Source: Thainema sp. (lineage in GTDB: Bacteria > Cyanobacteriota > Cyanobacteriia > Phormidesmidales > Phormidesmidaceae). Taken from it: DNA of 24,524 bases. A program made the translations under genes and the position numbers. Under the pieces are notes generated by a model, which worked only from the letters and a program-made list of their open reading frames with translations, was not told the origin of the DNA and did no database searches. Within the stretch, counting starts at the first letter, position 1. Each line of letters opens with the position of its first letter. Where the stretch lies: contig JBQLZK010000080.1 of the NCBI GenBank assembly GCA_052168235.1, forward strand, positions 1-24,524. The letters are read 5' to 3'. Positions 10,241 through 19,183 of the stretch are shown here, one piece after another.

Positions 10241-11242
10241 ATGCGGTTTAGTATCGTTATCACCACCTACAACCGGGTTGACTTGCTGAAGCGAGCCATT
10301 GCTTCTGCCCTTTCGCAGACGATTTCCTGTGAAGTGGTGGTGGTGGATGACTGCTCGTCAGACGGCACGGAGGACTATGTGCGCAGCTTGGGCAATCAGG
10401 TGGTTTACCATCGCAACGCTAAGAATTTAGGACATTCTAAATCAGTTAACCTCGGTGTCCAGCTAGCCAGCGGTGATTGGGTTAAACCCTTCGATGATGA
10501 TGATTACATCGCACCCAATTGCATTGAGTGGATGCAAACTGCGATCGCACGTTGTCCAAACCCTGTCCTCTGTTCTTGCCAAGCCGCTCAGGTTGATCTC
10601 AACGAAAAGATCCTCAGCCGCACGATTAGAGCAGGCTCCGGCAAAGTTTTTTATATTCCGCAATCCGATGTCCACTTCGCCATGCTGCTGGAGCGAGTGC
10701 CGCTTGGCACTCCCATCCAAGTTGCGTTTCAGCGTGAAGCCTTTCTCAAAACGGGCGGCTGGAATCCTGACTTTGACGTCAACTCCGATGACTCCGACTC
10801 TTGGATTCGCATTGCTCAACATGGTGATGTCATTTTCATCAATGAATGTTTGGCCTATCGCACCATATGGCCGGGAGCCTATAACTATCGCGTCTCAATT
10901 CGCGATCGCTTGAGAACAAACCTGCTGGTCAAAGAGCGTATTTACCCACTCGTGCAGTCCAAGTATCAAACTGTCACGCCGTCTCATGCCGACATTGCCG
11001 CTTATCTATCGCTCCACTGGGGCCTGGTGGCCTGCAAACACCACAAGTTTCCAGATGGACTACAGCTCATTTTGCCCAACCTTTTCAACATTACCGCTTG
11101 GCGAATTCTCTACCAAGCGATCCAATTTCGCCATCATCAAACCCCCCATCCTCTGATTGAAACCTGTGTTGTCATAGAAGACAATGTTCTGCCGTCCCAA
11201 GCAGCCATTCAGTCCCCCATCATTGAACCCTCTTCTCACTGA
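10241..11242 (+). CDS. Glycosyltransferase family 2
   Basis: FSIVITTYNR, EVVVVDDCSSDGT, NLGHSKSVNLG, DDDD (DxD), GGWN...DDSDSWIR. Confidence 0.92.
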   Translation: MRFSIVITTYNRVDLLKRAIASALSQTISCEVVVVDDCSSDGTEDYVRSLGNQVVYHRNAKNLGHSKSVNLGVQLASGDWVKPFDDDDYIAPNCIEWMQTAIARCPNPVLCSCQAAQVDLNEKILSRTIRAGSGKVFYIPQSDVHFAMLLERVPLGTPIQVAFQREAFLKTGGWNPDFDVNSDDSDSWIRIAQHGDVIFINECLAYRTIWPGAYNYRVSIRDRLRTNLLVKERIYPLVQSKYQTVTPSHADIAAYLSLHWGLVACKHHKFPDGLQLILPNLFNITAWRILYQAIQFRHHQTPHPLIETCVVIEDNVLPSQAAIQSPIIEPSSH

Positions 11243-11243
11243 G

Positions 11244-11276
11244 TTACCAGAGCCACAAAGCTTGCGGCTCTGGTAA
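11244..11276. terminator. Probable bidirectional terminator hairpin between convergent genes
   Basis: TTACCAGAGCC...GGCTCTGGTAA (11-bp stem) between the stops at 11242 (+) and 11288 (-). Confidence 0.65.
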
Positions 11277-11287
11277 TACATTTGGCC

Positions 11288-14200
11288 CTAAGCCATAATC
11301 TCAATCTGGTTTGCTTGCAGATTGTCGTAACCGTTGGTGAACGTCGCAAGAGTTCGAGCAACGTCACTGCCCATACCATCCTCATCAAAACTGAGAGTAT
11401 GGGTACTGGTATTGAAGAGGAATGTTCCCATATTTGTTGTCGCCACAGGATTACTGCTTCTGATAAAGCGGCTGTTGTCCAAATTCATTCCAGACACCAA
11501 ACCACCATCAAAGCCCGTAGCAGATACCACAATCCAATCATCGACACTAAAATCAGTAATCGTATCCGGCCCATCGTTAGGATTGAGGTAGACAAATCGA
11601 TCCGCACCTCCATTACCTGTCAGCACATCACTATCAAAACCGCTAGTAATTCGGTCGTCATAGGTGCTGCCAATCAGCTGAGTGACATCGCTAAATGATT
11701 CAGGATTCATCACCTCCTCGTACCATAGGTCACCCAATCGGTCATAACCCGATGCTGTGGGATGTACGCCATCGTTAATATCAGCTAGCGTCAATCCTCC
11801 CCCGGCATTCACGAAGAAAACGTTCATTCCAGCAGCAACTTTGTCGGCCACGAGTCCAGGTAAGCGGCTGTTAACTTCATTGGCCACAGCCACTTCACTA
11901 GCATTAGTTTTGTCAGTGCTAGCATCCAGCGGCGTTAGGGATGAAACCAATACAATGTTGTCATTGCGCGATGCATCATCAATCAGACTGCTCAACCGAC
12001 TGAGCACACTATCGGCGTTGCTACCCTGCAGAACATCATTGGTGCCCAACATCACCATGACAACATCAGGATCATAGTTATCAATCACACTGTCGCTGCC
12101 GCTTAATCTGCGATCGCGCATGTTATTGATTGTCCAACCGCGATGACCTTCGTGATCTTTATCTCCTAGCGCATCCGGTGCATCAGAATCAAAGGCGCTA
12201 CCTACAAAATCGATCCGCAGCGTCGGATCGTCGGTAATCAGGCCATCTGCGATCGCGCGTTGCCAAAACTGGGTGCGGTAAGAACCCGGCACAGGGTCGA
12301 TACTGTGATCTCCCTCCGTGATAGAGTCGCCCATTGGCATCAGTTTAGGCGCGGCTAAGTTGCCATACACAGGCTGCAGCACAGTTTGAGTCCGCAGATT
12401 GGCAATAATGCCGTTGCTGGCTAGACTATAGTCGCGCAGACCTCCGCTACTGGGGTCGCTGACCACAATCGATACGGTGGCAGTATCCGTCCCACCGCTA
12501 CCGTCGCTAACGGTATAGGTAAAGCTATCGGTGCCAGTAAAATCACCAGTTGGTATGTAAGTATAAGTTCCATCACCATTATCATTGAGCACCCCATTAG
12601 CAGGATCGGTCACGCTAATCAGTGTTAGCGGATCGCCATCCGCATCACTATCGTTACTCAATAAATCCGCGATAGACACTGATAATGATGTATTTGGATT
12701 AGTCACGAACACATCATTGGTAGCTGTCGGATCATCATCAACAGCCGTAACAGTTATGGTTACTATTTCAGTTGAGGTACCCTCATTTTCATCGCTGACG
12801 GTATAGGTAAAGCTATCGGTGCCGCTAAAGTTAGCAGCAGGTGTATAGGTAAAGCTGCCGTTAGCATTCATCACAACGGTGCCGCCCGAGGCAGAAGTCG
12901 TGTCGTACGCACTAACGCTGAGCGGACTATTTTCCGGATCGCTGTCGTTGCTAAGCACGCCCGTCGCCGCGTTGATCACCAGCTCTGTATCCTCAGCGGT
13001 ACTGTAGCTATCTGGCTGAGCAAGAGGCTGTTCATTAGCTGGGCCAACTGGAATAAACTCGATGTAGTCAACCCGCGCATTCTCACCTTGTGGATCTTGC
13101 AGACCAACAAGCTCAATTAAATCACCTGTATTGACCGTCAGTTCTGTCGCGACGGTGCGCAGCGTGAAGTTTTTAGCTTCAGCACGTGTACCACCAGGGC
13201 TGTTATCAAAGGCCCAACTATCGATTGAGCTGCCACCAATGTTGACGGTTAGCGTCGCTTCACCATCGCTTTCATCGTAGTAGCCAACAATGACTTTGTA
13301 CGTACCCGTTGCGCCTGTGAAAGCGGTGGATGCTGTACCCGTTGCACCTGTTAAGCCAATGTATTCACCCGCTGAGGCAAAGCTTTTGGCTTCGACACCA
13401 TAGCTGCTACTGAGGGCCATATCTTCCGCTTCCAAGCGAATGGGATCGAGGGAAACAGGCGGCTGTGGATCAACGGTTACCGTTACGATCGCAGTATCAA
13501 CACCGCCATTGCCGTCATTGACGGTATACGTGAAGCTGTCTGTACCTGTAAACCCTGAGTTAGGCGTGTAGCTATACGTGCCGTTGCCATTATTGGTCAG
13601 CGTTCCATTGGAGGGGTTGCCAACGCTGATGCTCAACGAATCACCATCAATATCGCTGTCATTACCCAGTAGCTCGGCTGTTGACAGTACTAACTCCGTT
13701 TCTGCCACGGTGCTAAAGGTATCATCGGTAGCCGCAGGTTGATCATTTACAGCGGTAACGGTGACGGTAACCGTCGCTGTATCCGTATCACCATTTCCGT
13801 CATCAATGGTGTAGGTGAAGCTATCTGTACCGCTGAAGTTCGCATTCGGTGTGTAGGTGTACGTGCCGTTGCCATTATTGGTCAGCGAACCGTGGCTGGG
13901 CTGGGTCAGGTTGCTAATCGTCAAGGTCTGCCCATCCGCATCCATATCGTTACCCAGCAGAGTCGCTGGAGAAATAGCGAGCGGGGTATCTTCATCCGTT
14001 GCGATCGCATCATTCCCAGCCACTGGTGGCGTATTGACAAAATTGACCGCAATATTAACGGTTGCTGTAGCGGTTCCACCGTTGCCATCATTCACCGTGT
14101 AGGTAAAGCTATCAACGCCGCTGAAGCCACTGCTAGGTGTGTAAGTGAATGTGCCATCACCGTTGTTGATCACAGTACCATTAGCCGGATTTGTAAAGCT

Positions 14201-15829
14201 CTCCAGCGCTAAGGCATCTCCGTCAATGTCGCTGTCGTTGCTGAATAGATCAGCAGCAGAAAAGGTCAGTGGGGTATTAGAGCCGGTATTCAAAGTATCG
14301 TCAGCGGCAACAGGCACATCATTAGCCGCACTGACGGCGATCGTCACCGTTTCCGTTGCCGTACCACCATTCTCATCGCTGATGGTGTAGGTAAAGCTAT
14401 CGGTGCCGTTGAAGTTAGCAGCAGGCGTATAGGTAAAGCTGCCATTAGCATTCATCACAACGCTGCCACCCGAGGCAGAAGTGGTGTCGTAAGCGCTGAT
14501 GCTAAATGCGTCTCCTTCCGGATCGCTATCGTTGCTTAAAACGCCTGTAGCTGCATTGATAACTAATGCAGTCTCTTCAGCCGTGCTGTAGCTATCCGAC
14601 TGGGCGTTTGGAGCTGCGTTAGCGGGGCCAACTGGAATAAATTCGATGTAGTCAACCCGCGCATTCTCACCGCTTTCTTGGTAGCCAATCAGTTCAATCA
14701 GGCTACCGTTTGTGACAGTTACTTCGGCGGCAACAATCCGTTCAACAAAGTTTCTCTCTTCAGCCCGAGTTCCGCCCAGCGATTGGTCAAATACCCAGCT
14801 ATCTAGAGTTTGTCCACCAACTTTAACCGTAAGTGGAGATTTACCATCGTTTTCATCGTAGTAGCCAACGACAACCTTGTAAGTACCTGTCGCGCCAGTA
14901 AAGGTCGCAGAGGCAGTGCCACTTGGCCCACTCAGGCCGATATACTCACCCGCTGAGGCAAAGTTTTTGGCTTCAACCCCATAACTACCGCCTAGGGTCA
15001 TATCTTCTGCCTCAATCCGCAGTGGATCACCCGTAGGAACTGGATCTTCACTGGGCGGATCTTCGCTCGGCAGTACTGGATTAACGGTTAGCGTAACGGT
15101 ACCCGTGTCGGTGCCACCATTGCCATCCGTCAGCGTATAGATAAAGCTATCGGTGCCCGAAAACCCGTTCTCGGGAGTATAAGTAAAAGAACCATTCGAG
15201 CTAAGCGTTAAAGTTCCGTGACTGACGCCCTGATTCAAAACGACACTCAGCGCATCCCCGTTCCCATCTACATCATTGGCAATGACACCATTAGCAGTTG
15301 ACACGGCGAGCGTGTTGCCCGCATCGACCATGTAGCTATCTGCGATCGCATCTGGCGCAGTATTCGTATCCTCTGGAGGCGTTGGTGGTTCTTCCGATGG
15401 ATTGGTCGTATCGTTTACAACCAGATCGATATAGTCAAGCCGAGCGTTTTCACCCGCATCTTGTGTGCCTTCAATAGTTAAAACATCACCCTCTGCCAGG
15501 GTAACGCCCTCCAGCCGAAAGACATAGCGATTATTGGCTGAGGCACGAGTACTGCCTGAGGTGGAATCAAACACCCAGGCACTTCCCGGCAGTTCAACAC
15601 CGTTGAGCAAAATTCTTGCGGTCGATTGACCATCTTTTTCATCAAAATAGGCAACTTCAATGTCATAGGTGCCGACTTCAGCAGCACTAATTACTTTTGA
15701 AACTGTCCCAGATTCGCCCGTCAGCTTAACAATTGAATCGTTAGAGGCAAATTCAGCGATATCGCCATTAGTCTCAACACTATAGCCACTGAGAATCAGT
15801 GACTCAGCTTCGAAGCGAAGTCTATCCAT
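11288..15829 (-). CDS. Large secreted/surface protein: 3 CBM6/35-like modules, 7 cadherin-like Ig repeats, SGNH hydrolase domain, RTX-like C-terminus
   Basis: Three R.EAE...ARxDYI modules; seven N..P.A..D...NDxDxDG...GxFTYTP..F.GTDSFTYT..DG.GG repeats; SGNH blocks MGDSIT, GHRGWT, LGTND and DGVHP; C-terminal DVLTGNGGADRF...DTITDF; no signal peptide, consistent with type I secretion. Confidence 0.85.
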   Translation of the reverse strand: MDRLRFEAESLILSGYSVETNGDIAEFASNDSIVKLTGESGTVSKVISAAEVGTYDIEVAYFDEKDGQSTARILLNGVELPGSAWVFDSTSGSTRASANNRYVFRLEGVTLAEGDVLTIEGTQDAGENARLDYIDLVVNDTTNPSEEPPTPPEDTNTAPDAIADSYMVDAGNTLAVSTANGVIANDVDGNGDALSVVLNQGVSHGTLTLSSNGSFTYTPENGFSGTDSFIYTLTDGNGGTDTGTVTLTVNPVLPSEDPPSEDPVPTGDPLRIEAEDMTLGGSYGVEAKNFASAGEYIGLSGPSGTASATFTGATGTYKVVVGYYDENDGKSPLTVKVGGQTLDSWVFDQSLGGTRAEERNFVERIVAAEVTVTNGSLIELIGYQESGENARVDYIEFIPVGPANAAPNAQSDSYSTAEETALVINAATGVLSNDSDPEGDAFSISAYDTTSASGGSVVMNANGSFTYTPAANFNGTDSFTYTISDENGGTATETVTIAVSAANDVPVAADDTLNTGSNTPLTFSAADLFSNDSDIDGDALALESFTNPANGTVINNGDGTFTYTPSSGFSGVDSFTYTVNDGNGGTATATVNIAVNFVNTPPVAGNDAIATDEDTPLAISPATLLGNDMDADGQTLTISNLTQPSHGSLTNNGNGTYTYTPNANFSGTDSFTYTIDDGNGDTDTATVTVTVTAVNDQPAATDDTFSTVAETELVLSTAELLGNDSDIDGDSLSISVGNPSNGTLTNNGNGTYSYTPNSGFTGTDSFTYTVNDGNGGVDTAIVTVTVDPQPPVSLDPIRLEAEDMALSSSYGVEAKSFASAGEYIGLTGATGTASTAFTGATGTYKVIVGYYDESDGEATLTVNIGGSSIDSWAFDNSPGGTRAEAKNFTLRTVATELTVNTGDLIELVGLQDPQGENARVDYIEFIPVGPANEQPLAQPDSYSTAEDTELVINAATGVLSNDSDPENSPLSVSAYDTTSASGGTVVMNANGSFTYTPAANFSGTDSFTYTVSDENEGTSTEIVTITVTAVDDDPTATNDVFVTNPNTSLSVSIADLLSNDSDADGDPLTLISVTDPANGVLNDNGDGTYTYIPTGDFTGTDSFTYTVSDGSGGTDTATVSIVVSDPSSGGLRDYSLASNGIIANLRTQTVLQPVYGNLAAPKLMPMGDSITEGDHSIDPVPGSYRTQFWQRAIADGLITDDPTLRIDFVGSAFDSDAPDALGDKDHEGHRGWTINNMRDRRLSGSDSVIDNYDPDVVMVMLGTNDVLQGSNADSVLSRLSSLIDDASRNDNIVLVSSLTPLDASTDKTNASEVAVANEVNSRLPGLVADKVAAGMNVFFVNAGGGLTLADINDGVHPTASGYDRLGDLWYEEVMNPESFSDVTQLIGSTYDDRITSGFDSDVLTGNGGADRFVYLNPNDGPDTITDFSVDDWIVVSATGFDGGLVSGMNLDNSRFIRSSNPVATTNMGTFLFNTSTHTLSFDEDGMGSDVARTLATFTNGYDNLQANQIEIMA

Positions 15830-16324
15830 TAATGAGAATCTCCAAATCGTTTTGTAGATGTACGACTGAGCCGCAATTTAGCTGAGAAAACCATGAAATC
15901 TGAAAGGCAACGGCAGATGCAGCGACTGAAAGCCAGAAAATTCCGAATAGCTTGTGGCCCGAATCAAACTGTATGAACCGATTAGGGCTACGTTTCACAC
16001 CATCAGCAGGTCAATTTAAGAAAATCTGGAGATAAAATAAAAGTTGGGCATGGGTTTGTGATGACTATCATGACTGGTAGTTATCGTAAATACACTGAAA
16101 GCAAGTAAGTCTCCATGCCTTTTTCTCATTTCTGCCTCATAGGCAACAACAAATTCTCAGCGAGTTAATCAACTTTTTATACAAATCCTCGATTAATTAG
16201 CGTAAGTTCACGCATAAGCCAACCCATTCGTACCGCGTTTACACATCTACGTCGGAGAAGGATCACTGCACTTATACCTAGGGCGCGTCATCAATTAGGG
16301 TTAGAAACCTTTTAACATTGATGA

Positions 16325-18169
16325 ATGTTTGCACGGACACAACCTCCAGACATGCTGTATCCGCTGAGTGCATTTGTAGAAGATAAATTTTCGGTCGATG
16401 GGGCAACATCGACAGCCGCAACCTATTGGTACGTCGGTATTTGCCCCCAGCAGCAAGTGACGCGGCAACTGCCTCGTACCCCACAAGCGGAAACGGTGGC
16501 GCGAAGTCTGATGGCCCAGTTAACGACCGATCAGCGCTATAGTCGCGAAGCCAAGATGTACGGCGTTTTGCTCGTTCACACCGCCACAGGAGACGTGGGC
16601 GTGCTCAAAGCCTTCTCTGGCCTGCTAAACGGCTGCAGTGTGATCGCAGGCTGGGTGCCACCGATTCCGGGTCGCGATCGCATTTCTATCGCTGAGGCTC
16701 AAACCCTGACTCAACTGGAAGCGATTAAGCAAGAATTAATTCAGCTTAGCCAACTTCCAGCCCGCCAGCAGCTCGATCAGCGAGCAGCAGATTTTGCCGA
16801 ACAATTGAGATCGCAGGCGGCAGACCATCGCGATCGCAAACAGCAGCGCCACCAGTTGCGCCACCAATTGCAAGCCACGCTTAGCGGCAGCGAACTGGCC
16901 GCCGCTCTGGCAAACTTAGATCGTCAGAGCCAGCAAGACGGAATCGCCCGCCGTCGCCTCAAACAGCAGCGCGATGCGGCCCTAAAACCTCTGCAAGATG
17001 AGGTCAATGCCGCAGATGCCACAATGCATCAGCTCAAACAGCAGCGCAAACAAATTTCGCGTCAGCTCCAAGACCAAATGCACGCGGCCTATCAGCTCAC
17101 CAATTTTGCCGGAGAGTCAGTTAGCCTAGATCAACTAATGCCCGCTCTGCCGACGGGTACAGGCGATTGCTGCGCCCCTAAGCTGTTGCACTATGCTGCG
17201 ACCCACGGATTGAAACCATTGGCAATGGCCGAATTCTGGTGGGACGGGACGTTTAAGACTGATACTAATCGTGATGCTAATCGTAACGGTATAACCGAGA
17301 GCGATACGGACAATAGCGGGAAGCAGTCAGGTTGCTTCTATGGGGCCTGCACTGAACGCTGTCAGCCGATTATGGGCTTTTTGCTATCGGGGCTGACGCA
17401 TTTTGCCGATGTAGTGGTTAGCTCTCATCCTAAATCCCTCTCCCACGGGGAGAGGGACTTTGAGGTTCCTGCACCTTTGCTGGACATCATTTATGAAGAT
17501 GCCGATTTGATTGCCGTCAATAAACCTGCGGGTCTTTTATCAGTACCCGGTCGCTATCTTCACAATCAAGATAGCGTGCTCAGTCGCTTACGCTGTCAGT
17601 ATCAAGAGGGTGAACCCAATAGTGAACCCAATCATGATGGCCTTAGCGCTGTGCATCGCCTTGATCAGGATACATCCGGCATTTTGCTGATTGCTCGTCA
17701 TGCCGCCGCTGCCCGTCATCTCCGTCAGCAGTTTCAGCAGCGCCAAGTACACAAGCGGTACGTCGCTATTCTTGCAGGTCAGGTATTGGCCCAATCCGGG
17801 GTGATTGAACTACCGCTCCGCGCCGATCCGACCGATCGACCTCGACAGATTGTGGACTGGCAACAGGGCAAGCCTTGTGTCACCAAGTTTCAGGTGTTAG
17901 CTTCCGTACAAATCGCAGAGGGCTACCGTACAGAGGTTGAGTTTTTTCCAGTTACCGGACGTACCCATCAACTGCGAGTCCACGCTGCGGCACCAGAGGG
18001 TTTGAATGCGCCGATTTTGTGCGATCGCATTTACGGTACCCAAACTGTCGCTCACAGCGATCGGCTGTATCTACACGCCCAATCCCTGCAAATACAGCAT
18101 CCCCGTACTGACAAGTGGCTGCACCTACAAACGCCAGGACCTTGGCCTGATTGGAAAAGTGAGGAGTGA
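16325..18169 (+). CDS. RluA-family pseudouridine synthase with long N-terminal/coiled-coil extension
   Basis: VNKPAGLLSVPG, catalytic HRLDQDTSG, TGRTHQLRVH, RLYLHA; N-terminal KMYGVL, LKAFSG and GTGDCCAPKLL of the long RluA subtype. The start may be ATG 16352. Confidence 0.92.
   Translation: MFARTQPPDMLYPLSAFVEDKFSVDGATSTAATYWYVGICPQQQVTRQLPRTPQAETVARSLMAQLTTDQRYSREAKMYGVLLVHTATGDVGVLKAFSGLLNGCSVIAGWVPPIPGRDRISIAEAQTLTQLEAIKQELIQLSQLPARQQLDQRAADFAEQLRSQAADHRDRKQQRHQLRHQLQATLSGSELAAALANLDRQSQQDGIARRRLKQQRDAALKPLQDEVNAADATMHQLKQQRKQISRQLQDQMHAAYQLTNFAGESVSLDQLMPALPTGTGDCCAPKLLHYAATHGLKPLAMAEFWWDGTFKTDTNRDANRNGITESDTDNSGKQSGCFYGACTERCQPIMGFLLSGLTHFADVVVSSHPKSLSHGERDFEVPAPLLDIIYEDADLIAVNKPAGLLSVPGRYLHNQDSVLSRLRCQYQEGEPNSEPNHDGLSAVHRLDQDTSGILLIARHAAAARHLRQQFQQRQVHKRYVAILAGQVLAQSGVIELPLRADPTDRPRQIVDWQQGKPCVTKFQVLASVQIAEGYRTEVEFFPVTGRTHQLRVHAAAPEGLNAPILCDRIYGTQTVAHSDRLYLHAQSLQIQHPRTDKWLHLQTPGPWPDWKSEE
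17422..17464. repeat. Cyanobacterial-type small palindromic dispersed repeat embedded in-frame in the RluA gene
   Basis: CTCTCATCCTAAA-TCCCTCTCCC-ACG-GGGAGAGGGA-CTTTGAG (10-bp stem), lying in the interdomain linker (SHPKSLSHGERDFE). Confidence 0.6.
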
Positions 18170-18230
18170 AGAGTGAGGCGAGAGGAATTAGGAGTGAGGC
18201 GTAAATTCAATCTCACTCAGCACTCAGCAC
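18158..18230. repeat. STRR-like heptamer tandem repeats in opposed orientation between convergent genes
   Basis: AGTGAGG AGTGAAG AGTGAGG CGAGAGG AATTAGG AGTGAGG (18158-18199), followed by TCTCACT CAGCACT CAGCAC (18211-18230). Confidence 0.7.
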
Positions 18231-18238
18231 GTTTCTCC

Positions 18239-18538
18239 CTAATGGCCATGCGTGGGACAGGGTGGCGCAGAAATTGAGCGATCGAGCCAGCCTGTAGCCT
18301 GCTGTAGACGAGCGAGGGCTTCTTCCGGCTGATTGTTGAGCAGATAGACTAATGCTGATGCCGCTTGCTCTTGGGCGCGGGCTTTGCGGTTGCCCTTGAG
18401 GCGGTGCCAATCATTCGGTGCGATCGCAAGTTTTTCAGCCAGAACTTGAGCCAGCACAGCGGGGTCAGCCTGCCGCAAATCGTTTAGGTCAGGAGTCGGA
18501 ACCGATTGGGGTACAGATTGAACAGTGGAGTCAGCCAT
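18239..18538 (-). CDS. Small conserved cyanobacterial hypothetical protein (DUF6439-like)
   Basis: LAIAPNDWHRLKGNR...A.EQ...WLDRSISAPPCPTHG. The family name is from memory and was not verified. Start placed at ATG 18538. Confidence 0.75.
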   Translation of the reverse strand: MADSTVQSVPQSVPTPDLNDLRQADPAVLAQVLAEKLAIAPNDWHRLKGNRKARAQEQAASALVYLLNNQPEEALARLQQATGWLDRSISAPPCPTHGH

Positions 18539-18724
18539 AATATTTGTGAGAATGTGCTTTGCCATCAATATGCTGACTTCATTGTGACGTAGATTTTGCG
18601 CCTTGCGTCACTGGATTGAAAACGGGGCAAAGTGTGACGTTCTTTTTCAAAACAGTGAATTCAATCGCCAATTTAGACTATGTATAGATGGCCGTGCTGA
18701 ACATAACGCTAAATAACGCCTTAC

Positions 18725-19135
18725 ATGTCTGCATCTCCACCTCCCTCCAACCCTGAATCACCAGAACCCAACGCTCCGGTTGAAGGATGGGATGAACTCG
18801 TAGCACAACTGCAAGCAACCGAGCAGTCGCTTCAAGAATTGCGGTTGCGGTTCGAACAGGTGGAAACTAGCTATCAGCACCAACAATATCTAGAGCAGCA
18901 GCAGCAGCGAGCCAAACAGGATCTAAAGCAGGCCAGTGACGAACAGCAGCAATCCCGGCAGCAAGAGCTAAAACAAGAACTCAAGCGGGTGCAGCAGCAG
19001 CTTGATGAAGTGGAACTCGCGCTGGAAAGCCGCTTGTTCTCGTGGCGTAGTTTTCGGGAACCCTTTTGGCAAGCCGTTCGATTTGGTGGTATCGGGGTGA
19101 TATTAGGCTGGATTTTAAAGTCTTGTGCTGGCTAG
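18725..19135 (+). CDS. Conserved hypothetical coiled-coil protein with C-terminal membrane anchor
   Basis: Q/E-rich heptads followed by LESRLFSW...FWQAVRFGGIGVILGWILK. Confidence 0.8.
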   Translation: MSASPPPSNPESPEPNAPVEGWDELVAQLQATEQSLQELRLRFEQVETSYQHQQYLEQQQQRAKQDLKQASDEQQQSRQQELKQELKRVQQQLDEVELALESRLFSWRSFREPFWQAVRFGGIGVILGWILKSCAG

Positions 19136-19183
19136 TTTGGCACTTGATTAGGCCATTAATTTGGTACTACAGCGGGATAACAC

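Noticed and set aside
16057..16072. CRP-like site TGTGA-N6-TCATG upstream of the large surface protein
   Set aside because: The second half-site has two mismatches; this is expected by chance.
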